NCBI GenBank assembly: GCA_030765185.1
Contig: JAVCDE010000027.1
Location: 46,132-110,131 of the forward strand
Length of the DNA stretch: 64,000 nucleotides
Source: Candidatus Aceula meridiana
GTDB lineage: Bacteria; Omnitrophota; Gorgyraeia; Zapsychrales; Aceulaceae
Direction: 5' to 3'
Shown: one piece after another, positions 49,665 through 58,836 of the stretch
How positions within the stretch are numbered: position 1 is the first letter of the stretch
How the letters are laid out: each line of letters opens with the position of its first letter
Notes under the pieces: model-generated
What the model was told of the DNA's origin: nothing
Seen by the model: only the letters and a program-made list of their open reading frames with translations
The model's database searches: none
Made by a program: the position numbers and the translations under genes

Positions 49665-50087
49665 ATGCGTACTTTTAAAATCAAAAGTTTCCCAAAAAAA
49701 AGCGGTTTCACTCTTATGGAAGTTATCATTGTCATTATTATTGCAGGCATTCTGGCAAGCGTGGCAATCCCGAGATACAGTGGCGCAATTGAAAAATCAA
49801 GAGCAGCAGAGGGAGCTTATATTTTAGGAACTTTGTTAGGTGCTCAAGAGCGTTACAATCTTGAAAATAGTAGCTACGCAGATGATCCCGCGTTATTAGA
49901 TGTGACAATTCCAACTCCAAGGAATTTTAACGACCCGAGCGTATCCTCAAATTGCTGCAACACTGATGATACCGTATGTGCCTCGATCGTGAGAGGGGGA
50001 GCATTATATACACTCAGTATACAATGCGATGGTGATATTGTATGCCTGAATGCTGAGGTTGGAGCTTGTGGAAGTGCTGGATACTAA
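49665..50087 (+). CDS. Type IV pilin-like protein (prepilin) with a Cys-rich C-terminal domain
   Basis: MRTFKIKSFPKKSG|FTLMEVIIVIIIAGILASVAIP is a class III signal. 8 Cys in the C-terminal 50 aa. RBS AAGAAGGAG. Confidence 0.7.
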   Translation: MRTFKIKSFPKKSGFTLMEVIIVIIIAGILASVAIPRYSGAIEKSRAAEGAYILGTLLGAQERYNLENSSYADDPALLDVTIPTPRNFNDPSVSSNCCNTDDTVCASIVRGGALYTLSIQCDGDIVCLNAEVGACGSAGY

Positions 50088-50102
50088 TATGGCTTTGACT
50101 AC

Positions 50103-50141
50103 AAAAAAGGCTCTTTGGGTTTTCCCAAAGAGCCTTTTTTT
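50103..50141. terminator. Bidirectional Rho-independent terminator between the convergent pilin and pfk genes
   Basis: AAAAAAGGCTCTTTGGG-tttt-CCCAAAGAGCCTTTTTTT is a perfect 11-bp stem flanked by A- and T-tracts. Confidence 0.7.
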
Positions 50142-50164
50142 ATTTCCTTATCTTCGCGAATGCT

Positions 50165-51370
50165 TTACAAATGACGCTCCACTTTCCCTTTAATTTCTTT
50201 AAAAGTAGGCTTTGGCTCAACACGCTTGCGCCCAAAACAAAGACCCATAGTCTCGTAAAAGGGAACAAGGTCAAGATCAACATGTCTTTGCTTAATCGCT
50301 TCTTTTGTTGCCATATAGCGCACTTCATCTCCTTGGATTCCAACAACAGTAACCCCAAAAATTCCCTTAGTTAAAAGAAGAACTGCGGCGGCTCCGGCTT
50401 CGCGGCCAAAATTTGCATCATAAGCTGAAGAGCGTCCGCAGCGAACTAAATGTCCCGGGGCAACAGAGCGAACTTCCGGAATTTCATAAAGTTTCTCAAC
50501 AAACATTTTTTCCTTTTTCATAAATTCTGTTATTTCTGGATCTTTTTTAAAACGCTTAGTGAGCTCCTGGCAGACATACTTACCAGCACCGGAAAGTTTT
50601 TTATGTCCAAAAGTATCAAACCCGGCTGACTCATCTGTTAATTCTTCGCCGTTTGAATTCTTTAGTCCTTCAGCAACAATAATCAAATAAGTTCCAGCGC
50701 GTACATCGCTCTGAGAAATCCGACGAGTAAAACGTTTCTTAGCATGCTCGTAAAGAGCATCAAAATCTACGGGAATCTCCGGAATCAAAACAGCATCTGC
50801 ATCAGCAGCCACACCACCGCGAAAAGCTGTATGTCCTGCGTAACGCCCAAAAACTTCCATAACAATAATGCGATTGTGTGTGCGACCCGTTGTTTTTAAA
50901 TCTTCGGCAAATGCCGCAATACGGCTAATGGTTGAATCTGCACCGACAGAATATGTCTGCAAATCCAAATCCATAGTTTTTGGAGCATGCACACATTTGA
51001 TTCCATGCTCAGAAAGGTCAACAATAACGCTTCCGGTATCATCGCCTCCGCTAATAACAAGCCCATCGATGTTAAATTTCTTTAACCCTTCTTTAATACG
51101 ATCATATTTCTTTTCATCATTAATTTTCTTAACCTTAACGCGAGAATGCCCAGCTTCAGACCCTGCAAGAGAAGAATTAACATTATCAATACGCTCTGGT
51201 GTAAGCTCGACTAAGCTGTCAAACTCTACTAAATTATAAAGCCCGGCATAACCATTAGGAATCACATAGCAAGAAACACCTTGCTTATGAGCCATCTGTG
51301 CTACACCCTTGACAACAGCGTTTAATCCTCCGCAATCTCCACCGCTTGTAATGATACCAATATTTTTCAT
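50165..51370 (-). CDS. pfp: 6-phosphofructokinase, pyrophosphate-dependent signature
   Basis: PFK family (IGIITSGGDCGGLNA). GGDDTG has Asp at the E. coli Gly104 position. APKTMDLD has Lys at the Gly124 position. Both substitutions are diagnostic of PPi-PFKs. Confidence 0.8.
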   Translation of the reverse strand: MKNIGIITSGGDCGGLNAVVKGVAQMAHKQGVSCYVIPNGYAGLYNLVEFDSLVELTPERIDNVNSSLAGSEAGHSRVKVKKINDEKKYDRIKEGLKKFNIDGLVISGGDDTGSVIVDLSEHGIKCVHAPKTMDLDLQTYSVGADSTISRIAAFAEDLKTTGRTHNRIIVMEVFGRYAGHTAFRGGVAADADAVLIPEIPVDFDALYEHAKKRFTRRISQSDVRAGTYLIIVAEGLKNSNGEELTDESAGFDTFGHKKLSGAGKYVCQELTKRFKKDPEITEFMKKEKMFVEKLYEIPEVRSVAPGHLVRCGRSSAYDANFGREAGAAAVLLLTKGIFGVTVVGIQGDEVRYMATKEAIKQRHVDLDLVPFYETMGLCFGRKRVEPKPTFKEIKGKVERHL

Positions 51371-51649
51371 TATTAAACTCCTTGGGTTAATTTTTGGAAA
51401 AAAATATTCTTTAAAACAAATCTAGACTATCATAACCACTTTAAGAAATCAATTGGAAAATAGAAGAAAAGAGGAGGGTAGTTGTGATATAATGCTTTCA
51501 ATAAATATCAGAATTTAAGTAAGAACGTTCTTTACAGCCTCTGGAAAATCTGGTATAAATAATTCTCGTTTTCTAGCATATTTTTGCTAACGCCCCGCTT
51601 GAAGTTAGCGGGAGTGGAAATTCTTTCTAATAGCTTTTTAATGTAATTT

Positions 51650-51725
<76 letters not shown>

Positions 51726-51738
51726 TTGTAAATAATAC

Positions 51739-51824
51739 GGGCAGATACTCAAGCGGTCAACGAGGGCAGACTGTAAATCTGCTGGTTTCGGCCTACGAGG
51801 GTTCGAATCCTTCTCTGCCCACCA
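51739..51824 (+). tRNA. tRNA-Tyr (anticodon GUA), class II with a long variable arm
   Basis: Acceptor GGGCAGA/TCTGCCC. Anticodon arm GCAGA-CTGTAAA-TCTGC is identical to E. coli tRNA-Tyr. 14-nt variable arm, T-loop TTCGAAT, encoded CCA. Confidence 0.85.
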
Positions 51825-51827
51825 TTT

Positions 51828-51901
51828 GCGAGAGTAGTTCAGTGGTAGAACACAAGCCTTCCAAGCTTGTTACGAGGGTTCGATTCCCTTCTCTCGCTCC
51901 A
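51828..51901 (+). tRNA. tRNA-Gly (anticodon UCC)
   Basis: Acceptor GCGAGAG/CTCTCGC. Anticodon arm CAAGC-CTTCCAA-GCTTG. 4-nt variable loop. U73 discriminator, typical of Gly. Encoded CCA. Confidence 0.85.
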
Positions 51902-51925
51902 TATTTTAAAAGGAGCAAAACCCCT

Positions 51926-52630
51926 ATGAAAGTTACCCTTCTTATTCCTACACTCAACGAAGAAGAAGGCATGAAAGCTATCATGCCTCGCATCAAGCCG
52001 GAATGGTACGATCAGCTCTTAATCGTTGACGGTCAGTCAACTGATGGAACTGTTGAATACTCAAAATCCCAAGGATACCCTGTCATCATCCAAAAGAAAA
52101 AAGGATTACGCGAAGCCTATAATGAAGCCTTGCCGCATATTGAAGGCGACGTTGTCTTAACTTTTAGCCCTGATGGAAACAGCATTCCTGAGCTCATCCC
52201 TGATTGCATCAACAAAATGAAAGAGGGCTACGACATGGTTATTGTTTCGCGCTATGCCAAAGGCGCCAAAAGCTATGATGATGATATGGTCACAGCGTTT
52301 GGAAACAAGCTGTTTACAACTTTTATCAACCTTTTTCACGGGGGTCACTATACAGATGCCATGGTTATGTTCCGTGCCTACAAAACACAACTGATTTACG
52401 ATTTAGATCTCGATAAAGATGAAAGCTACGCGTTTGAAGAAAAACTTTTTGGAACAAATGTCAGCTGGGAACCCTTAATATCTATCCGTGCCGCCAAACG
52501 TAAGCTAAAACTTGCCGATATTCCTGGAGATGAGCCTGCTAGAGAAGGAGGCGAGCGTAAACTTCAAATTATACGCTGGGGTGCGGCCTACATGTGGGAA
52601 GTCTTCCGCGAAATTTTTGTCTGGAAATAG
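51926..52630 (+). CDS. Family-2 glycosyltransferase (DPM1-like, soluble)
   Basis: ATG at 51926 with an AAAGGAG RBS. GT2 motifs (LLIPTLNEEEG, LIVDGQSTDGT, VIVSRY). The track ORF start at 51842 runs through the tRNA-Gly gene and is not credible. Confidence 0.7.
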   Translation: MKVTLLIPTLNEEEGMKAIMPRIKPEWYDQLLIVDGQSTDGTVEYSKSQGYPVIIQKKKGLREAYNEALPHIEGDVVLTFSPDGNSIPELIPDCINKMKEGYDMVIVSRYAKGAKSYDDDMVTAFGNKLFTTFINLFHGGHYTDAMVMFRAYKTQLIYDLDLDKDESYAFEEKLFGTNVSWEPLISIRAAKRKLKLADIPGDEPAREGGERKLQIIRWGAAYMWEVFREIFVWK

Positions 52631-52716
52631 CCTGCCACCCGCATGAAAAACCTCCATCAAAGTCAACAACTTTTCCCTTGAAAGCCTGCGTAGCTATAAT
52701 ATAATAGTATAAATAT

Positions 52717-52890
52717 TAATCTCGGGTTTACTGTGCAAAAACCCACCCATAGGGTGCTGCTTCGCAACTTGGTGCGACTATCGGGATTTACCCCGCCAAA
52801 GGCGGTTTTACAATAGAATTTTTTATCAGTTAATGTAAATGAAATATTCTATTGTAAAACTTCGGGTTTATATTTCTATCTGTTTTTTAG
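52717..52890 (+). other. Unassigned structured intergenic element (candidate small RNA or 5' leader of gpsA)
   Basis: Promoter-like TTGAAA-16-TATAAT at 52675-52706. Three direct repeats of TCGGG(A)TTTA (52722, 52781, 52862). Five hairpins, including a 14-bp perfect stem (52806-52819 / 52846-52859). T-tract at 52882-52888. Confidence 0.25.
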
Positions 52891-52906
52891 CCAAAAGGTA
52901 CAAATT

Positions 52907-53902
52907 ATGATTAAGCACGTTTCAGTTATTGGCGATGGAGGGTGGGGGACAACCCTAGCAATTCATTTATTAAAAAATGGATGTCCGGTTACGCTTTGGA
53001 GCCCATTCCCTAAATATGCCAAAATTTTAAAAAAAACACGAAAAAACAAAAAGTTTCTTCCTGGCGTAACAATCCCGAAAAAAATAAAGATTACAGATTG
53101 CTTAAAAACTGCTATCGAAGAATCTGACCTAATTGTCTTAGCTATCCCATCACAATACATTAAAAACATTCTCAAAAAGATTAAGAAATTTAATTCTTCC
53201 ACAAAATCCTTTTTAAGCGTTGTGAAGGGGATCGATACTGCCTCGCTCAAAAGAATGTCAGAAATTATTCATGATGAATTAGGAGCATCCATTAAGCTAG
53301 CTGTTCTTTCCGGACCAACTATTGCTAATGAAGTTGCCAATGGAATTCCTTCAGCAGCTGTCGTCGCATCACGCAACCGAAAACTAACAAAAACAATCCA
53401 AAAAACTTTTAACTCCCCGACCTTCCGCATCTATACAAACTCTGATATCATAGGAGTAGAAGTTGCCGGAAGCATTAAGAATATTATTGCTATTGCCTGC
53501 GGTGTCTGCGATGGATTAGGATTTGGGACAAATACAAAATCTGCCATTGTAACGCGAGGCCTTGCAGAGATGACACGACTAGGAAAGACCTTAGGCTCTA
53601 AAACAAAAACATTTTCCGGGTTAAGCGGATTAGGAGACTTAGCAACCACATGTTTTAGTCCTCAAAGTCGAAACCGTTATGTCGGCGAACAACTCGCCAA
53701 AGGTAAAAATATAAAACAAATTACCGCATCTATGCAGATGGTTGCCGAAGGTATTTCAACAGTCAAGGCAGTTTATCATCTAGGGAAAAAATACCATTTG
53801 GCGATGCCGATTACAAGCGAAGTTTTTCACATTATCTATAAAAGAAAAAATCCGTCTAAAGCAGTAAAAGATTTAATGGCTCGAAAAACAAAATCCGAAT
53901 AA
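52907..53902 (+). CDS. gpsA: Glycerol-3-phosphate dehydrogenase [NAD(P)+]
   Basis: 331 aa (VSVIGDGGWGTTLAIHL Rossmann motif, GPTIANEVA, GLGDLATTC). Confidence 0.9.
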   Translation: MIKHVSVIGDGGWGTTLAIHLLKNGCPVTLWSPFPKYAKILKKTRKNKKFLPGVTIPKKIKITDCLKTAIEESDLIVLAIPSQYIKNILKKIKKFNSSTKSFLSVVKGIDTASLKRMSEIIHDELGASIKLAVLSGPTIANEVANGIPSAAVVASRNRKLTKTIQKTFNSPTFRIYTNSDIIGVEVAGSIKNIIAIACGVCDGLGFGTNTKSAIVTRGLAEMTRLGKTLGSKTKTFSGLSGLGDLATTCFSPQSRNRYVGEQLAKGKNIKQITASMQMVAEGISTVKAVYHLGKKYHLAMPITSEVFHIIYKRKNPSKAVKDLMARKTKSE

Positions 53903-53913
53903 ACCTTTTTTTT

Positions 53914-53988
53914 CGGAGCGTAGCGCAGCCTGGCTAGCGCACTTGAATGGGGTTCAAGAGGTCCTGGGTTCAAGTCCCAGCGCTCCGA
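53914..53988 (+). tRNA. tRNA-Pro (anticodon GGG)
   Basis: Acceptor CGGAGCG/CGCTCCG with the C1:G72 pair characteristic of tRNA-Pro. Anticodon loop ATGGGGT with G37. T-loop TTCAAGT. Discriminator A. Confidence 0.85.
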
Positions 53989-54005
53989 TGATCTTAAAAA
54001 TTTAA

Positions 54006-54386
54006 ATGAAGGAGTTCATAATGGATCGTCCCGAAGAACGACGAAAGCATCTGCGCGTATCAAAACATTTTATCGTAACCTACTATGACGCTAACATCGC
54101 TGATGCTCAGCATAATGTTTCCCAGCTTAAAGATATCAGCCAAGGAGGGGTTTGCTTCTCAAGCTGCGCTGGGTTTCCAAAAAATAGCTTATTGCAAATT
54201 CTTATTAAAACTCCTTATCTTGCCGAAACTCTAAGCATAAAGGGTATTGTCGTTGACTGCGCTGAAAAGATTCCTGAAGTTATTTATGAAATACATGTTC
54301 AGCTTGAAGGTCTCACTCCGGAAACAGAGCTTATTCTAAAAAAGATTGAAAAGAATTTTATCGAATCTCAGCGAAATCAATATTAA
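54006..54386 (+). CDS. Stand-alone PilZ-domain (c-di-GMP-binding) protein
   Basis: 126 aa. R-x3-R (RRKHLRV) and D-x-S-x-GG (KDISQGGVCF) PilZ signatures. Confidence 0.6.
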   Translation: MKEFIMDRPEERRKHLRVSKHFIVTYYDANIADAQHNVSQLKDISQGGVCFSSCAGFPKNSLLQILIKTPYLAETLSIKGIVVDCAEKIPEVIYEIHVQLEGLTPETELILKKIEKNFIESQRNQY

Positions 54387-54401
54387 GCAAAGGATAAAGA
54401 A

Positions 54402-55700
54402 ATGAACAAAGTTCGTATAGGCCTCATCGGATGTGGAACCGTCGGAGCCGGTGTTATTAAAATCCTAAAAAACCAAAGTGTTCTTTTTAAGAAGAAATTT
54501 AATACAGAATTTTCTATAGTCAAAATCTGCGATCTTAATCCGCACATCGCGCAAAAGCTTAAAATCAACAAACATCTTTTTACAAAGAAATCTGATGACG
54601 TCCTTAACGACACGTCTATTGATGTTGTCATTGAACTCATTGGAGGCATTCATCCTGCCAAAGAAATTATTCTCAAAGCGCTTAAAGCCAAAAAACATGT
54701 CATTACAGCAAACAAAGCCGTCATCGCAAAGCATGGGACCGAGCTTTTCAAAGAAGCGATTAAGCAAAAAAGGAATATTTATTTTGAATCTTCCGTTAGC
54801 GCAGGTGTTCCTGTAATCAATGCAATCAATGAAGGGCTCTCAGGAAATACATTCAATGGGCTTTACGGCATTATCAACGGCACGTCAAACTTTATCCTAA
54901 GCGAAATGACGCAATCCCAATGTACTTTTAAAGAGGCTCTTGCTAACGCGCAAAAAAAAGGATATGCCGAGAGTAACCCAACTCTCGATATCAACGGAAT
55001 GGATGCAGCACATAAATTAGCCATTCTTGTACGTCTTTCTATCAATAAAACTATCGCATTAAGCAATATTCATGTCGAAGGCATTACCCATATCTCCCAT
55101 GAAGATATCGAGAATGCCAAAGAGCTTGGGCTAATTATTAAACCACTTGCGATTGCCAAGAAAATTAATAAGTCTGTTGAGCTACGCGTCCATCCCACGC
55201 TTATTGATAAAGATCATCCTTTAGCATCCGTTAATGGTGTTTTCAACGCTATCTTTTTGCAAACTGATCCTCTAGGCGACATCTTGCTTTACGGTCAAGG
55301 TGCAGGGCAAATGGCAGCAGCCTCAGGAGTCATTAGTGATCTCATCAATCTTTCGACAAAAGGAAAAAACGTTTCTCGGATACGCATGAAGAATATTTCA
55401 TTTGAGGATAAAAGTATCCGCATTCAGAAAATCGGAGAGGTTGAGACGCATTTTTATATCCGCTTTATGGCGATTGACAAACCAGGCGTTTTGTCTAAAA
55501 TCACCGGAATTCTAGGAAAGCATGGCATCAGCATCGAATCTGTTAATCAAAAAATAAGAAAAAAATCATCTGCGGTTCCTGTCATTGTACTCACACATAA
55601 AGCCAAAGAGAAAAAATTGCGCTTAGCTCTTGAGGAAATCACTAAGCTTTCTGTTGTCAAAAGCAAACCCGTTGCAATCCGAATGGAGAGCTTGTTATGA
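54402..55700 (+). CDS. hom: Homoserine dehydrogenase
   Basis: 432 aa. N-terminal NAD(P)-binding domain ([15 protein letters not shown]), catalytic domain and C-terminal ACT domain. Confidence 0.88.
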   Translation: MNKVRIGLIGCGTVGAGVIKILKNQSVLFKKKFNTEFSIVKICDLNPHIAQKLKINKHLFTKKSDDVLNDTSIDVVIELIGGIHPAKEIILKALKAKKHVITANKAVIAKHGTELFKEAIKQKRNIYFESSVSAGVPVINAINEGLSGNTFNGLYGIINGTSNFILSEMTQSQCTFKEALANAQKKGYAESNPTLDINGMDAAHKLAILVRLSINKTIALSNIHVEGITHISHEDIENAKELGLIIKPLAIAKKINKSVELRVHPTLIDKDHPLASVNGVFNAIFLQTDPLGDILLYGQGAGQMAAASGVISDLINLSTKGKNVSRIRMKNISFEDKSIRIQKIGEVETHFYIRFMAIDKPGVLSKITGILGKHGISIESVNQKIRKKSSAVPVIVLTHKAKEKKLRLALEEITKLSVVKSKPVAIRMESLL

Positions 55701-56749
55701 GTTGGAAAGGACTTATTCATAAATATAAAAAATTCTTACCGGTAACGGATAAAACACCGATTATCACATTGCAGGAAGGCAATACACCTCTGCTTTTATC
55801 TCGATATCTTAGCGAAAAAATTGGCCTTGATGTTTATTTAAAATACGACGGTGCAAATCCAACAGGATCTTTTAAAGACCGTGGTATGACCATGGCAATT
55901 TCTAAGGCCGTAGAAAAAGGTGTTAAGGCTGTGATGTGCGCCTCAACGGGAAATACATCCGCATCCGCTGCAGCTTTTTCTGCGCGCTGTGGGTTAAAGT
56001 GCATTGTCCTTATTCCTGAAGGCAACATTGCTTTAGGAAAACTTGCACAGGCAATGATTCATAATGCCCAAGTCATTGCGATTAAAGGCAATTTTGATGT
56101 CGCTTTAAATCTTGTAAAAACAATCACAGATGAATATCCTATTGAACTTGTCAATTCTCTTAATCCTTTTCGCATTGAGGGACAAAAAACAGCTCCGTTT
56201 GAAATTTGTGATTTCTTATCCGATGCACCTATTTTTCATTCTATCCCCGTCGGCAATGCTGGAAATATTACTGCCTACTGGAAAGGCTACAAAGAATATA
56301 AAGATAAAAAACTTTCAACACGTTTGCCTAAGATGCTCGGATTTCAAGCTGCTAAGTCTGCGCCAATTGTTGATGAAAAAATCATTGAGAATCCTGAAAC
56401 CATTGCAACGGCCATTCGCATTGGAAATCCAGCAAGCTGGGAGACCGCTACGGCCGCCCGCGATGAATCCGGCGGCCTTATCGATAAAGTTACTGATGAT
56501 GAAATTCTTTTAGCTTACAAAATTCTTGCCCGAGAGGAAGGGGTGTTTGTCGAACCGGCCTCAGCCGCTTCCGTTGCCGGAATTCTAAAACTAAATGAAG
56601 CTGGCTATTTTAAAGGACAAAAAGGAAATATTGTTTGCACCCTAACAGGGCACGGACTCAAAGACCCAAACCTTGCTGTTGAAAGCATTCAAAAACCTAT
56701 TGTTATTGAACCCGATTTAAAAACCGTCATTAAAGAAATTGGCTTGTAA
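55697..56749 (+). CDS. thrC: Threonine synthase
   Basis: 350 aa PLP fold-type II ([26 protein letters not shown]). Confidence 0.9.
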   Translation: MSWKGLIHKYKKFLPVTDKTPIITLQEGNTPLLLSRYLSEKIGLDVYLKYDGANPTGSFKDRGMTMAISKAVEKGVKAVMCASTGNTSASAAAFSARCGLKCIVLIPEGNIALGKLAQAMIHNAQVIAIKGNFDVALNLVKTITDEYPIELVNSLNPFRIEGQKTAPFEICDFLSDAPIFHSIPVGNAGNITAYWKGYKEYKDKKLSTRLPKMLGFQAAKSAPIVDEKIIENPETIATAIRIGNPASWETATAARDESGGLIDKVTDDEILLAYKILAREEGVFVEPASAASVAGILKLNEAGYFKGQKGNIVCTLTGHGLKDPNLAVESIQKPIVIEPDLKTVIKEIGL

Positions 56750-57392
56750 CGCATCCCTTCATAACAAAAAGATCTTAATAACCTGTGGGCCAACATGGGT
56801 TCCCATCGACCGTATCCGCGTCATTAGCAACGTCTCGACGGGCGAAATCGGACATCGCATTTCGCATCTTCTGTGTCGAGAAAAAGCCAAAGTTACACTT
56901 ATACAGGGTCCGGGGACGCACCCGTTAAGGCATCTTCCTTACAAAACAATTTCTTTTCGTTTTTTCGATGAATTTGCGAAAGTCGTTAAGAGCGAATTAC
57001 AAAAAACAAAATATGATGTTGTTATTCATGCCGCTGCGGTTTCCGATTATAAAATACGCCGGCCTCAAACAAAAAAAATTAGCTCAAATTTTAAAGAATT
57101 TAAACTCGAGCTTGTGCCAACACCAAAAATTATTCAAACAATTAAAAAATTAAATCCAAAAACTTTTCTTATTGGATTCAAACTTGAATCTGAGGCAAAG
57201 AAAGAATTTCTCGTTGCCCGCGCCGAGACTCTTATCAAGAAGGCAAAATGCGATCTCGTTGTCGCAAATCTTGCAACAAATAATTATTATAAGGGCTACA
57301 TCATTGATCGAACAAAAACGATCTTAGCTACAGAAACATCTCGCGAAAAAATGGCTCAGCACCTCGTTTCCATTTTAAAGGAAAAACTATGA
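56739..57392 (+). CDS. coaB: Phosphopantothenate--cysteine ligase (CoaB domain only)
   Basis: 217 aa. [29 protein letters not shown] matches the CoaB (DFP) nucleotide-binding region. No fused CoaC flavoprotein domain. Confidence 0.55.
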   Translation: MACNASLHNKKILITCGPTWVPIDRIRVISNVSTGEIGHRISHLLCREKAKVTLIQGPGTHPLRHLPYKTISFRFFDEFAKVVKSELQKTKYDVVIHAAAVSDYKIRRPQTKKISSNFKEFKLELVPTPKIIQTIKKLNPKTFLIGFKLESEAKKEFLVARAETLIKKAKCDLVVANLATNNYYKGYIIDRTKTILATETSREKMAQHLVSILKEKL

Positions 57393-58594
57393 AATACATA
57401 GTCATTGTCCCTGACGGTATGGCTGACTATCCTATCGAATCTTTAGGAGGAAGGACGCCCTTAGAAAACGCCAACACCACCAATATGGATTTTATTACCC
57501 ATAACGGTATTCTCGGCCTTGTTCAAACAATTCCTTCAGGGCTACCAGCAGGGTCTGACGTAGGAAATCTCTCTGCGATGGGATACAATCCGCTAGAGCA
57601 TTTCTCCGGTCGTGCTCCTTTAGAAGCAGCCAATTTAGGCGTTGATCTTAAGGATAATGAAATTGCTTTTCGCTGCAATCTTGTTACCGTTGACCAAGGT
57701 CAAATGATTGATTACAGCGCTGGGCACATCCCATCTGAAGAGGCAAGCAAGATTATTGATGCTTTGAATAAAGAAATTCAAGTACCTGAAGTTAAATTTT
57801 ACGCCGGAAAAAGTTACCGACACTTAATGGTCGTTAAGACGCGTGATCCTAAGGCGCTTTTAAATATTCAATGCACACCTCCACATAATATTTTAAATCA
57901 AGAAATTAAAGATCACCTACCAAATGGAGCACAGGCTCAAGTTTTACTAAGCTTAATGGAGCGTTCAAAAAAAATACTCGAAAACCATCCAATCAATAAA
58001 ATCCGCCTAGATTTAAAACAAAATCCAGCCAATATGATATGGCTTTGGGGACAAGGTAAAAAACCAAAACTTCCTTCTTTCAAAAAAAAATTTGGCATTG
58101 ATGGTTCTGTTATCTCAGCTGTTGATTTGGTTAATGGTATTGGAAAGCTTGCAGGCTTAAAAGTCATCAGCGTTCCGGGCGTTAACGGATATTACGACAC
58201 AAATTACCAAGGAAAAGCTCAGTATGCTCTGGATTCTTTAAAAGAACGAGATTTTGTTTTTATTCATGTCGAGGCTCCTGATGAGGCAAGCCACAATGGA
58301 GACCTAAAAATGAAAATGGCCTGCATTGAGCGTATCGATAAAGAGGTGCTTGGAACTATTCTTAATCACTTTCATCCCCAGGATGATTTTCGAATTCTCG
58401 TTCTTCCCGACCACTATACGCCTGTTTCAAAGCGAACCCATACGAGCGAGCCGGTTTGCTTTGCAATGTTTGGTAAGGGGATTCCAAGGCCAGAAGAAGG
58501 CTTTTCTTTGAATGAACGTAATGCCAAAGAGTCTTCAATATTTTTTGAGAGCGGGAAGACCCTGATGGAATACTTCATTAAAAGGCACTTATAA
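57389..58594 (+). CDS. apgM: 2,3-bisphosphoglycerate-independent phosphoglycerate mutase, archaeal-type (ApgM family)
   Basis: 401 aa. [16 protein letters not shown]-terminus and metalloenzyme-superfamily motifs (HVEAPDEASHNGD, LPDHYTP). Confidence 0.8.
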   Translation: MKYIVIVPDGMADYPIESLGGRTPLENANTTNMDFITHNGILGLVQTIPSGLPAGSDVGNLSAMGYNPLEHFSGRAPLEAANLGVDLKDNEIAFRCNLVTVDQGQMIDYSAGHIPSEEASKIIDALNKEIQVPEVKFYAGKSYRHLMVVKTRDPKALLNIQCTPPHNILNQEIKDHLPNGAQAQVLLSLMERSKKILENHPINKIRLDLKQNPANMIWLWGQGKKPKLPSFKKKFGIDGSVISAVDLVNGIGKLAGLKVISVPGVNGYYDTNYQGKAQYALDSLKERDFVFIHVEAPDEASHNGDLKMKMACIERIDKEVLGTILNHFHPQDDFRILVLPDHYTPVSKRTHTSEPVCFAMFGKGIPRPEEGFSLNERNAKESSIFFESGKTLMEYFIKRHL

Positions 58595-58836
58595 ATCACG
58601 GTTTTAGCGCTTCCAGAGGCAATCGTTGACTCCTAACTGAAAAAAAGCCAACACTTTATATTTTTATTATAACTAATCTTATGCTTAAGGTGCCTTTTGA
58701 AGCTCTTTTTTAAAAAAAATGGTTAATATATATACATTATAAAATTTTTACTTGTATTTATCTGTATAATTCTTATAATACCAACTCTGATTCCCATAAT
58801 AGAGCTTTAGGTATTTCTTGAAAGAGGAAGATTTAA

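Noticed and set aside
51793-51996. Minus-strand 67-aa ORF and plus-strand ORF start at 51842 overlapping the tRNA-Tyr and tRNA-Gly genes
   Set aside because: Both run through well-folded tRNA genes. The downstream GT2 has its own RBS and ATG at 51926.
52631-52906. Assigning the structured gpsA-upstream element to a known RNA family (6S, SRP/4.5S, tmRNA, RNase P)
   Set aside because: The ends are direct repeats rather than complementary, which rules out 6S. There are no GGAAGCAGC/GUCAGG SRP motifs. There is no tRNA-like 3' end or GGGG 5' end for tmRNA. It is too short for RNase P. It is kept only as an unassigned element.
58595-58836. Possible lysine riboswitch (L-box) in the lysC leader
   Set aside because: I looked for the conserved L-box helices and GC-rich junction motifs. 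The leader is very AT-rich, with only a 4-bp hairpin and a normal promoter/RBS. It is not supportable without a covariance-model search.
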